Below are positions 26,740 through 40,400 of a stretch of 64,000 bases of DNA, piece after piece; the first letter of the stretch is position 1; each line of letters opens with the position of its first letter. Source of the DNA: Ranitomeya imitator (taxonomy: Eukaryota). The stretch is taken from NCBI RefSeq assembly GCF_032444005.1, contig NC_091284.1, forward strand, positions 277,140,001-277,204,000, in the 5' to 3' direction. The notes below the pieces were generated by a model that was not told the origin of the DNA, did not search any database, and worked only from the letters and a program-made list of their open reading frames with translations. Both the position numbers and the translations under genes were made by a program.

Positions 26740-28367
26740 CAGCCCAGACCAAAAGTTTGGACACACCTTCTCATTTATAGATTTTTCTGTATTTTCATGA
26801 CTATGAAAACTGTAAATTCACACTAAAGGCATCAAAACTATGAATTAACACATGTGGAATTATATACTTAACAAAAAAGTGTGAAACAACTGAAAATATG
26901 TCTTATATTCTAGGTTCTTCAAAGTAGTCACATTTTGCTTTGATGACTGCTTTGCACACTCTTGGCATTCTCTTGATGAGCTTCAAGAGGTAGTCACCGG
27001 GAATGGTTTTCACTTCACAGGTGTGCCCCGTCAGGTTTAATAAGTGGGATTTCTTGCCTTACAAATGAGGTTGGGACCATCAGTTGTGTTGAGCAGAAGT
27101 CTGGTGGATACACAGCTGATAGTCCTACTGAATAGACTGTTAGAATTTGTATCATGGCAAGAAAAAAGCAGCTAAGTAAAGAAAAATGAGTGGCCATCAT
27201 TACTTTAAGAAATGAAGGTCAGTCAGTCCAAAAAATTGGGAAAACTTTGAAAGTGTACCCAAGTGCAGTTGCAAAAACCATCAAGCGCTACAAAGAAACT
27301 GGCTCAAATGAGGACCACCGCAGGAAAGGAAGACCAAGAGTCACCTCTGCTTCTGAGGATAAGTTTATCTGAGTCACGAGCCTCAGAATTTGCAGGTTAA
27401 CAGCAGCTCAGATTGGAGACCAGGTCAATGCCACACAGAGTTCTAGCAGCAGACACATCTCTACAACACCTGTTCAGAGGAGACTTTGTGCAGCAGGCCT
27501 TCATGGTAAAATAGCTGCTAGGAAACCACTGCTCAGGGCAGGCAACAAGCAGAAGAGACTTGTTTGGGCTAAAGAACACAAGGAATGGACATTAGACCAG
27601 TGGAAGTCTGTGCTTTGGTCTGATGAGTCCAAATTTGATATCTTTGGTTCCAACCACCGTATCTTTGTGCGACGCAGAAAAGGTGAACAGATGGACTCTA
27701 CATGCCTGGTTGCCACCGTGAAGCATGGAGGAGGAGGTGTGATGGTGTGGGGGTGCTTTGCTGGTGACACTGTTGGGGATTTATTCAAAATTGAAGGCAT
27801 ACTGAACCAGCATGGCTACCACAGCATCTTGCAGCGGCATGCTATTCCATCCAGTTTGCGTTTAGTTGGACCATCATTTATTTTTCAACAGGACAATGAC
27901 CTCAATCACACCTCCAGGCTGTGTAAGGGCTATTTGACGAAGAAGGAGAGTGATGGGGTGCTACGCCAGATGACCTGGCCTCCACAGTCACCAGACCTGA
28001 ACCCAACGGAGATGGTTTGGGGTGAGCTGGACCGCAGAGTGAAGGCAAAAGGGCCAACAAGTGCTAAGCATCTCTGGGAACTCCTTCAAGATTGTTGGAA
28101 GACCATTTACGGTGACTACCTCTTTAAGCTTATCAAGAGAATGCCAAGAGTGTGCAAAGCAGTCATCAAAGCAAAAGGTGGCTACTTTGAAGAACCTAGA
28201 ATATACGACATATTTTCAGTTGTTTCACACTTTTTTGTTAAGTATATAATTCCACATGCGTTAATTCATAGTTTTGATGCCTTCAGTGTGAATTAATTTA
28301 CAATTTTCATAGTCATGAAAATACAGAAAAATCTTTAATTGAGGTGTGTCCAAACTTTTGGTCAGTA

Positions 28368-28418
<51 letters not shown>

Positions 28419-31400
28419 CAAATTTTTGAGCCCGTGGATCCATTATATGTCCATTTTGCAAGCCGGGGAGAAAATCTCGCCATACGCATGTCATACGGAT
28501 GTCACACAGATGCTTACATGTGAGAAAATCGCAGCCTCGCACTGCACACGGATGACATATGGATCACAGTTCAGGGACCATTTCCGCGATTATCGTCCGT
28601 TTAAAACGGACCGATTTTTTATATGTTGTGTGTGACTCCAGCCTAAAGGAGAGCCCCCAACATTAAACATAATGGTATTTTACTTACTGATCAGAAGGGT
28701 TCTGATTGTCAGGACTTTGCAAAAGAACAGGGGCAGCAGCATTTTTTCCCCCTCCATAGCAGCACTGCCATCTATCTGCAGTGTAAGGAAGTGCAACACA
28801 GCCCTGTGTATGTGAACGGAGCAGCTCCCTGTACAGCAGTGCCACTTTGACAGTAAAAATGATGAAGGAGAATTGACCCCAGAACTGAGCGTTTTTACAC
28901 CATTGTATAATAATTGGGAATATCCCTTTAAAAAAAAAATAATATCTGCAGATTATTTTACCTTTTTTATTTCCCTACGGTTGGATTTTTTTTTTAATTT
29001 TTGCAAGGTTGTTTCCACCAATCTCTCACATCGGGAAACAATGTACAGTCTGAGTTATGTCAACGCTGCAGTTTTTTACTTGGAACCAGAGGTGACTCCA
29101 GGTCACCAATAAGCTGCAACCTTAGAAGATAGACTTTTCAATGACTGTCCAATAACATGGAAAATCTGATGATTCATAACCTGTCCAGTCCCTTTTAGGC
29201 TTCATTCATTTATATGTTCAGTTTTAAAGCTAAAGTCTTAAACAGGTAAAGTTTTACTTTTATTCTACTTCCACATATGTAGCAAATATTTTATATGTAC
29301 CTGCCTGAAATCGGCTGGGCAAGGAGATCGGCAAGCTGGAAAGCCCCAAGGCAAATGTTAGGATTTGTATCAGCTTTTTATTAGTATGCTTTGGGGTAGT
29401 GTGATGCCACCTGCAGGTCATTTTCCTTACTGTAGTTTTATGAAAATTAATGTTTAAAATGTATTTTGTGATCACATCATGGATGTGTGGTTTGTTTGGC
29501 TATTTTCTTGCTGAAGGGGGCAAGTTTACCTTTCAAATAGTGTATCATTTGTGCGTGTGGGTGCAGTATGAACAGAGATACAAAGGAATCACCGAAAAAG
29601 AGTGTTTTGAAATAATATAGGATTACAGAATAGATAGACATGTTAATGAAAAAAAAGATGTCAGCTGTACGTTCTTTGTATGCTGCTTTAGGCCTCATTC
29701 ACATGTTTTTATCTAAACACCTATGTGAAAATCAGACCATGTCCCTGCACAGTCAGACATTACACAGTACACAGCAGGGGAACATTTATAACATTATCTT
29801 AGCACAGGAACATTTTATTTAACACACCCAATTGTGGAACTTATTATTATTCTAAGAACTATTGATTAAAATTGATGAAGCAACCTATACTATGCAAAAG
29901 ACACTTTTTTTCTTGCAAATACATTTCCATATAAATGAATCAATTAAATGTTTATGTCACTAGTTTCAGAATAAAAAATAAGATTACCTCTCTGGTGCAG
30001 GAGACTTGAGATTGCCATCATTCCATCCAGTATCTGGTGTTTGATCATTTCCATCTCCAGCGTACTGGGCAGGAGGGACACTGATAGTGAGTGGGAGTGA
30101 CTCCATACTACGGTGTAACCCTGATAATTTGGGGTACATTCTAAGGTTACTCAGTCCCTGGGAAAAGCTGGCTGAATTGATGTTTAATATAGGAGCAGGG
30201 CTAGGTGTCAGACAAGCAACACTTGTAGGGAAGTCTAGCTGTTTATTTGGCAATTCTGGAACAGAAGGAGTAAAATCTAGGCTGTTTGAGTTGACTTTAT
30301 CTAGATTTGATAAGGTTGGTGTCTTCATGAAAGGTTTTGTGATTGCCCTAGAAGAAAAGATTAAAAATAATCAAGGAAAAAAAGATTTGTATATAGATAA
30401 AATATGAAGACATTTTCAGCAAGCCAGGCCCACCTCTGAGGCGTAGTTTGTGCTGCTTCCTTCACATTTACTTCTACTTCATTTTTTGTGTTTGTTCGGC
30501 ACTCTGTGTCTTGAGCTACAGCCTTTGCTTTAGCCTTCTCTTTTTCACGATCAGTTTGGTTCACTCCCAGTCGCCCTCCGCCAACTTTTGATGGCTCCTT
30601 AAGACGGGAAGATGGCGTCCCCAAATGCTTTCCTTGCACTGGCACAAGACTTGCATCCACACTGCTGCTCAGTGGCCGGCTGGCACTTCTACCTCCAGTA
30701 ACACTAATAGAGCTAGATTTGGCAGGCCGCGGAAGGCTACGGTACTGTATATTTGTGCGGGCAGATGGAGAAAGGAATCCAGGCTCTGGTCCCCCCGAGA
30801 CGTCTAAGCTAGTCTTCCGGTTTCCACTTACAGACCCTGAAGAAGGTTTCACAGGAATCCCTGAAGATTTTGGAGTTTTTCCTAATGTTGCTGAATTACC
30901 AGTGAGTGGAGAAGACGGTGCAATGGGTTTCTTGTAGCCAAAAGTTGACCCTGGACGAGCAATACCTGAGGGTGGTTTCTTGGCATCAGGTGAGCGTGGA
31001 TCTCGTCCTGCATCAGAAGATGACCTCTGCAGCCCAGCAGTTTTTATGGTCAGTTTACACTTATCAGTTGCTTTCTGTTCAGGCTTAGCTGTTGAAAAAT
31101 AACACATATCAAATAAGATCAAATATCGATCAAATATGCTGTACAACAAGAAATGAAACTCAAATTAGTTAATTATGATTATAATTCTTAACATGCATTA
31201 TAGATTTAGAGTTTGTGCCATCATCTTTCTTCCAAAGTGTACAGCTCCCTAGTTCCTGACTGGTTGCTGGGGGGCCGGGTGGTGGTCGATCCTATTTAAC
31301 TGGCAGTTTGATATAGCAGCATCATCTCACTGCTGGCCTGAACCGTGTGTATTCCAATTCTAATATGTCTGGCAGCTTTGGAAGGACAATGGGACTGCAG

Positions 31401-34400
31401 CTGCCAGCAATTAGGAACTATCCGCGCGCTCCACCTATCGCAGCAGTGGTTATGTCAGGCACATGGGACGTGGCGGCTGCATCACATGTAAAAAGGGAGG
31501 ATCAGGGATATGGCTTTGGGATGGAATGGAGTATAAGGGTGAGTGCATCGCATTTACTAATTGTAGCTGCATTGCTGCCAGTAAGGAAACTTTTAATTTA
31601 AAGGGGACCTGTCATTAAGGGAATGCTAGTGATGAGCGAACGTCCTCAGATAAGGTGTTATCTGATCACATTCTGGTGCTAACCGAGTGACTTCGGCGAG
31701 CTCGAATATTATGTACGATTCCCCGCCCCTGCATGCCTTGTGGCAGTTAGACAGCCGCAACACGTGCAGCGATTGCCTAACAAACAGCTGACCCCTGCAT
31801 ATGTTGCGGCTGTTGAACAGCGCTGAGACATGCAGCTGTGGGGACTCGAACATTTTTTGAGCACAACAAAAAGACTTGATTAGCGCCCGAGCGTGCTCTG
31901 ATAACATCTTATCCAATCACATTTCCTCATAGGTAGAGAACTTACCAATCCAATGACATCCCACAGCTTCTCCCTGCCCCACTTTAATTGATTGACAGGT
32001 CTCCTCCATGTGTGTACATACGGAGAGATCTATCAATCAACCAAAGCGTAGCATGGAAACGCTAGCCAGGGACGTCATCAGCTGACTTCTCAAACTAGGT
32101 TTCCTCTGAAATACAGCAGCATGCCAGGCTGTGATTCATGCTGCCCGTGGTTTGGGCAGTTTTAATCTGGGGAACCCCTTTTAATACATAGATATTTTGT
32201 CAATTTAAAAAGTCAAATATGTCCTAAAAGTTTATTAATAGGACAGGAATATTTACAAAAACTCCCCACTGTATTTTAGTATTTTGAGTTGCTAACTGTG
32301 GCTGTGTGCACACATTGCAATTTTGCAGCGTTTTTGCCTAGCGGATTTGTCACAAAATCCAAACGCTGCAGATCCGCAAGTGATTTACAATACAATGTAA
32401 ATCAATGTGAAAAAAAAAACGCTGTGCTGATGGTGCGGAAAATTCCGTGCGGAAACGCTGCGGATTAAAAGAAGTAGCATGTCACTTCTTTTTTGCGGAT
32501 CTGCAGTGTTTTTGTACCCATTCCATTATAGAAATCCGCAGGGGTAAAAAACGCAGTAAATCCGCACAAAATCCGCAGCAAAAGCGCACAATATCCGCAC
32601 AAAAAACACGACAACTCCGCACCTGCGTTTTCTGCCAAGAGATGCAGAATCCGCACCAGAAATTCCTAAGCCTAATCCACAACATGTGCACATAGCCAAA
32701 GAGTTTCCTGATGCCAGCAAAGTAAATGAGAATCCTGAAGTCTCATGTGCATGTTCCTTATTTGTGACTTGCAGATTTAGTGCAGATTTAATTCTAATGC
32801 ATGAGAATTCTTTCAGCGTTTTTTCACCCATTGACTTCAATGCAGTCAAAGACGCTATAAAAACAGTCTGAAAATGAGAAAAAGTGTGGGCAGTGTTTAC
32901 TTTATTAAAGTATTTTTCTTTGTGTATTTTTATACACACATACCTTCCCAGCCTGATAATATCAGCTCACATCTGTCTGCTTTACCTTTGCTGATTGAAA
33001 AAAATGTTTTTTTTTAATTTGTTTATTACGTAAATAAATGTAAAATAAACTCCACACGCAAGGCACTAATGTGTTGTGGGGTCGTGAAATTATATTTCTG
33101 CCGGATATCTATCTATCCATCTATCTTCAATTTATATAAGCTTTTTCTTTCAACTAGCTTTATAAGCTACAACTAGCGATCATTGGTGAAAAACGCATCA
33201 GAAAATGCACATATTGTCAGCTGCGTTTTTCCTGCCAAGAGATGCAGAAATGGCACAGAAATGTCTGCATCCAAATACACAACATGTACACATATCCTTA
33301 GCAGATCGGTATAACATCAGCATTTCGTACCTCCTTTAGAAACTGTTTGTCCAGTTTGGGTAATAGGAGATGTAACACCAACCGGAGGGTTTTTTCCTTT
33401 CCGCAATGGCTGTCCTAGACTGACAGGTTTTTTAACATCAGATTTTGGAGTATCATCATTTTTATCTCTGCGCCAGCGGGAGGAGCCATGCTCTGACTTT
33501 AGGCTTCCGCTGTCATACTCCATCCTGCGTGGGCCTCGCTCTTCAGATTCACTGTGCCAGCTTAATCCACTCTCAACCAGTGAGCGTTTTTCAGAATCAG
33601 TGCGTAGCTGTGGAGAAAATGAACACATACACATATGTAAGAATGGATATTTAACATGTCATGTTACAGTGAGGCCATCAGCCAAAACGGTCAGTATAAA
33701 CTAAGCACAAAGTCTTGGAGGGTGTATAGCCGCTAGAAATATCTCTTTAGTGTCGTAATCACTGCCACAATTCTGGAGAAACTGACATTAACCCCTTAAG
33801 GACAATTTTTTTGTGCTGAAAACACCCAACCCCCCCCCCCCCCTGGGCTTATACACGAGTCATGGTACAGAAAGCCAGTGGGGAAGGGGGGCCGCGAGGC
33901 AGCATGTGACAGGAGCCGGCTCACATATCATACTCACCTACCTGTGCATCCTTGGTGCTGGCACTGCATCTGCCTGTCTGCAGCTCTTCCTGCCGAGTGG
34001 TCACGTGGTACCGCTCATTAAGGTGATGAATATGGACGCGTCTCCACTCCCATAGGCATGGAGCGCATATTCATTACCTTAATGAGCGGTACCACGTGAT
34101 CGTTCGGCAGGAAGAACTGCAGGCAGGCGCCGGCGGCCAGAAAAAGATGCAGTGCCAGCACCGAGGGCGCGCAGGTAGGTGAGTAGGATGTTTTGATTTT
34201 TTTTTCATTAGGAAACATGCACACAGAGATAGGGGATAAGGAGGCATGCATACCAGGACAGGGAAGGGGGAGGCATTCATAGCAGGGCAGGGAAGGGGGA
34301 GGCATGCATACAGGGACAGGGATGGGGAGGTATTCATAGCAGAGCAGTTAAGGGGGAGGCATGCATACAGGGACAGGGATGGGGAGGGATGCATACAGGG

Positions 34401-37400
34401 ACAGGGATGGGGAGGCATGAATATAGGGACTGAACGGGGGAGGCATTCATACCAGGACAGAGGAGTCATGCACACAGGGATGGGGCGGCATTCATACCAG
34501 GACGGGGAAGGGGGAAGAATGCATACAATGACAGGGACAGGGAAGGCATGCATACAGGGACTAAACTGGGAGGCAGGCATACAGGGACTGAACCGGGGAA
34601 ACATTCATACCAGGACAGGAAATGGGGGAGGCATGCAGATAGGGACAGTGACGGGGAGGAATTCATACCAGGACAGGGAATGGGGAGCCACACATAGCAG
34701 GACAGGGATGGGGGGACAATGCATACCCGGCTTATACTCGAGTCATTAAGCTTACCCAGTCTTCAGTGGCAAAAGTAGGTGCCTCGGGTTATACTCAGGT
34801 CGGCTTATACTCGAGTATATACGGTAAGTGGTAAAATAAATTCAGAAATTAGTAAGAAAAAATAAAAAATTTCCTGGTGTCATTTTCAAAGAACAGTAAC
34901 GTTTTCAATTTTCGGGATATAGAGCTGTGAGGGCTTGTTTTTTGTGTCCTGAGACAATGTTTTTATTTACCTATATAATTTTGGGGTAGATATGATGTTT
35001 TGGGCAGTTCCATGCTGAGGAGTATTTTCAAAAATTTTCTAATATTTTGGAAATAGTTAATTTTTTGTAAGTTGGTACTTCATTACACATGGCATAAGGT
35101 GGCAACACTGTTTCTTTCAAATTCCATATATTTTCAAGATGGCAGAGGGTTGAATGTGAACACCTACTGTTCTTACTGGAATCATACAGTAACAGGCTAT
35201 ATTGGTAAGTGGATTACTATTAACTAGCAACATGCATAACTGAAGTTCAGTAAATATAAAAGAAGTACCGTACTGTTAGGAAACCAAAATACTATAATAT
35301 CTTTGGTTCTGTAAGATTATTGTTTACCAGAAATTTTGCACATATCCATTGTAGACTTTTTCTCAGTAATGTTTGTAGACTTTTTCTCAGTAACGTAAGT
35401 TACCAAAAAGGTAAAAAAGTATTGCTTCTCCTTGTGGAGAGTGACATGTTAAGCATGTCGAGGTGAGGAGACTTAAAGCTGCAATGCTCCTCTGGGAAAT
35501 ATGCAAATTGTCTCTTCGGAGAGGAAGAGGACTAGAACTCTAGTGCCACCTATTGGAAGTAGCAATCCTAACAGTCAATGTTGACCCTTTAACGAGCCTT
35601 GTCACATGACTTAGGATAAGAGCCAAACCAGATCTCAATTTGCAGACACTGTGTTTCGGGGTACTGTCACTCATCAGTGCAAAGATCTGGTTTGGCTTGG
35701 ATCCCGGTCAGACACCTCTCACACAGCCAAACCAGATTAAAATTTAGTCTACATTATGTAATTGATCAACGGTCATATTTTGTCATCAAAATTTTCACTC
35801 TGCAAAAATGTTGACAACTGAAGTATGAATATTGATTGATTACATTTTTATACAAAATTTTAGTCTACATTATATGTAGTTTACACCAATGAATTCACAT
35901 GCAGCCTATGTTTTGTCTAAATAATGTCACTTTGCCTTCTCAAATATGAACAGTGAGAAACACTTTCTTTCTTTTGTAACGTAAGTTACTATATTGTGTT
36001 GTAACGCGAGTTACCTACATTTCTTGTAATAAAAACTGTTGCATTTAACTTGAAAGGTTAAAATAAATTTGTTAAAGTTGCTTGGACTATGGTGTTTTAA
36101 TACAATAAAAATAGTGCTTCTCCCGTTTACCAGAACAGAAAATTTGCCAGTCTCATGATATGGACAATTGCCTTTCCTTTTTGTGTAACGTAAGTTACCA
36201 AGTAATAACACTGTATTTTGTATTTAATTTGTATCGTTGAAAAATCAAATTGTGTTGAAATCTATTGAGAATAGTATAATGTGCAAAATACAGTATAGAC
36301 CAAAAGTTTGGACAAACCTTCTCATTTAAAGATTTTTCTGTATTTTCATGACTATGAAAATTGTAAATTCACACTGAAGGCATCAAAACTATGAATTAAC
36401 ACATGTGGAATTATATACTTAACAAAAAAGTGTGAAACAAATGAAATTATGTCTTATATTCTAGGTTCTTCAAAGTAGCCACCTTTTGCTTTGATGACTG
36501 CTTTGCACACTCTTAGCATTCTCTTGATGAGTTTCAAAAGTTAGACTCCGGGAATGGTTTTCACTGCACAGGTGTGCCCTGTCAGGTTTAACCCCTTCAT
36601 GACCCAGCCTATTTTGACCTTAATGACCTAGCCATTTTTTGCAATTCTGACCAGTGTCCCTTTATGAGGTAATAACTCGGGAACGCTTCAACGGATCGTA
36701 ACGGTTCTGAGATTGTTTTTTTGTGACATATTGGGCTTCATGTTAGTGGTAAATTTAGGTCAATAATTTTTGCGTTTATTTGTGAAAAAAATGGAAATTT
36801 GGCTAAAATTGTGAAAATTTCACAATTTTCAAATTTTGAATTTTTATTCTGTTAAACCAGAGAGTTATGTGACACAAAATAGTTAATAAATAACATTTTC
36901 CACATGTCTACTTTACATCAGCACAATTTTGGAAACAAAATTTTTTTATGCTAGGAAGTTATAAGGGTTAAAATTTGACCAGCGATTTCTCATTTTTACA
37001 ACTAAATTTACAAAACCATTTTTTTAGGAACCACCTCACATTTGAAGTCGGTTGAGGGGTCTGTATGGCTGAAAATATCCTAAAGTGACACCATTCTAAA
37101 AACTGCACCCCTCAAGGTACTCAAAACCACATTCAAGAAGTTTATTAACCCTTCAGGTACTTCACAGCAGCAGAAGCAACATGGAAGGAAAAAATGAACA
37201 TTTAACTTTTTAGTCACAAAAATGATGTTATAGGAAATTTTTTTTATTTTCCCAAGGGTAAAAAGAGAAACTGGACCCCAATCCTTATTGTACAATTTGT
37301 CCTGAGTACGCCGATGCCTCATATGTCGGGGGGAACCACTGTCTGGGCGCACAACAGGGTTCTGAAGGGAAGGAGCGCCATTTGACTTTTTCAATGAAAA

Positions 37401-40400
37401 ATTGGCTCCAATCTTTAGCGGACACCATGCCGCGTTTGGAGAGCCCCTGTGTGCCTAAACATTGGAGCTTTCCCACAAGTGACCCCATTTTGGAAACTAG
37501 ACCCCCAAGGAGCTTATCTAGATGCATAGTGAGCACTTTGAACCCCCAGGTGCTTCACAAATTGATCCGTAAAAATGAAAAAGTACTTTTTTTTTTCACA
37601 AAAAATTTATTTTAGCCTCAATTTTTTCATTTTCACATGGGTACCAGGATAAAATGGATCCTAAAATGTTTTGGACAATTTCTCCTGAGTACACTGATAC
37701 CTCATATGTGGTCACAAACCACTGTTTGGGCGCACGACAGGGCTCGGAAGGGAAGGAGCGCCATTTGACTCTTGAATGAAAAATTAGCTCCAATCGTTAG
37801 CGGACACCATGTCGCGTTTGGAGAGCCCCTGTGTGCCTAAACATTGGAGCTCCCCCACATGTGACCCCATTTTCGAAACTAGACCCCCCAAGGAACTTAT
37901 CTAGATGCATAGTGAACACTTTGAACCCCCAGGTGCTTCACAAATTGATCCGAAAAAATGAAAAAGTACTTTTTAAAAAAAAAAAAATTCATTTAGCCTC
38001 AATTTGTTCATTTCTACATGGGCAACAGGATAAAATGGATCCTAAAATTTATTGGGCAATTTCTCTTGAGTACACTGATACCTCACATGTGGGGGTAAAC
38101 CACTGTTTGGGCACGCGGCAGGCCTCGGAAGGGAAGGAGTGCCATTAGACTTTTTGAATGAAAAATTAGCTCCAATCGTTAGCGGACACCATGTCGCGTT
38201 TGGAGAGCCCCTGTGTGCCTAAACATTGAAGCTTCCCCACATGTGACTCCATTTTGGAAATTAGACGTCCCATGGAACTAATCTAGATGTGCGGTGACCA
38301 CTTTAAACCCCCAAGTGCTTCATAGAAATATATAACGCAGAGCCGTGAAAATAAAAAATCATTTTTCTTTCCTCAAAAATTATTTTTTAGCCTGCAATTT
38401 TTTATTTTCACAAGAGTAACAGGAGAAATTGGACCCTAAAAGTTGTTGTCCAGTTTGTCCTGAATACGCTGATGCCCCATATGTGGGGGGGGGAACCACT
38501 GTTTGGGCACATGTCGGGGCTCAGAAGGGAAGTAGTGACTTTTGAAATGCAGACTTTGATGGAATGGTCTGCGGGCGTCACGTTGCGTTTGCAGAGCCCC
38601 TGATGTGCCTAAACAGTAGAAACCCCCCACAAGTGACCACATTTTGGAAACTAGACCCCCCAAGGTACTTATCTAGATATGTGGTGAGCACTTTGAACCC
38701 CCAAGTGCTTCACAGATGTTTACAACGCAGAGCCGTGAAAATAAAAAATCATTTTTCTTTCCTCAAAAATGATGTTTTAGCAAGCAATTTTTTATTTTCA
38801 CAACATACAGGTATATACTATATACAGGGGAGATGACACACAGCAGGTATATACTATATACAGGAGATGACATACAAGTGTATACTATATATAAGGGAGA
38901 TGACAAACATGTATATACTGAGGTGAAAATGAGAGGTGTGAGGTGAAAATGAAAAGGTGTGAGTGCAAAATGAGAGGAGTGAGGAAAAATAGTGGAGTGA
39001 TCAGAAAATGACAGATGTGAGGTTGAAATAACAAGTGTTAGGGGGGAATGAGAGGAGTGAGGGAGAAAATGAGAGGTGTGAGGGAGAAAATGAAAGATGT
39101 GATTGGGAAAATGAGAGGCGTGATGGGAAAATAAGAGAAGTGAGGTGCTATAACTAACCACAGATATTTACTATGCCCGGGCAACGCCGGGCTCTTCAGC
39201 TAGTAATTACATAAATGGCTGGTAGGGATCTGGTTCTTGGCTCCCTGTGGGGGAAGGTTGCCTTGTAAACACTTGCATTTTAAGCACTGAACTTTAAATT
39301 CTTACATTCATGCGCTACAGCTTTAACCAATGATATGCAGGACAATGTTATAGATCTTTGCTTTCCAGCCACAGGTCATATCGGCTCTGTATGACTAAAA
39401 AGGTGTGTTAACACATTTTTTGGCAAATTTGATATCTGTTTACAAGAGGATCCATGGCAGATCTTCGAGGATGACACTTGTAATTCTGGCGCAGATGTGT
39501 ACAAATGCCATAAGATCTGCCCAAGGATTAGCTGCTGCTTAGTCATTCAATATGGCTAATCTTCAGCTTTTCTGTCCATACTCAGCAAGAAGAATTACCG
39601 AACTCATACATCTATTAGATATTTTGTTTCCCTGTTTCCGGGAATCCTCATCAAATCCTGAATGTACGAATGCACGAGAGGACCCAGACAGAAGAGGCCC
39701 TTGTACAAGTACTAAATATGGATGCCATGCAGTCCAGTAGACCATCATAATAAATCCACAATTCCGCCTGCTTTAAAGGTGGAAGTTGGCTCACTTAGCT
39801 ACTGGTTATGGCTCTTGGAACAAATAGAGGGGAAAAAAAGCACAAAAATGAAAATTACTAGCTCCTTAAGGTTGAGTTCCTATGGTGAGTTGACAGGTAG
39901 TGTGAGTTGTTTGTGCTAATATGCTGTATTTGAGTCTTGACAAATGTAGTACAGGCCATTGTGACCAAACTTTGGTTTCATCTATCCATATAAAAATAGC
40001 AGTGGACAGTAGAAAATCAAGCGGGCAAAATATATAAACTAAATTAAAACACACAAAGTGCCCACGGTGCCGAATAGAATGCACATAAAACACTATCCAC
40101 ACTAAATGAATGAATGGCATACCATTCGGTTATAGAGTCAAAAAAAGAACCCAAGTATGGAAGTCAATCTACCAATAGAAAGGCCCATAGAAAGTAATAA
40201 TAATAAAATTAATAACAGAGAGTAATAATAGTAGTGTAGATGTACCATATAAAAAATAAAAGGACGAAGTCAAAAGATGACAGAAAAATAAAATGCCTTT
40301 ATTGGAAAATAGTATAAATATACATATTTGTATGGGCAATAATTGGCAACAACAATCTGTGCCTGTAACTGGAGGGAACAAAATACAAAAGTGTATATAC

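Noticed and set aside
34074-34749. Pro/Cys-rich and Gly/Arg-rich ORFs on both strands
   Set aside because: Products of a G-rich minisatellite inside a MITE.
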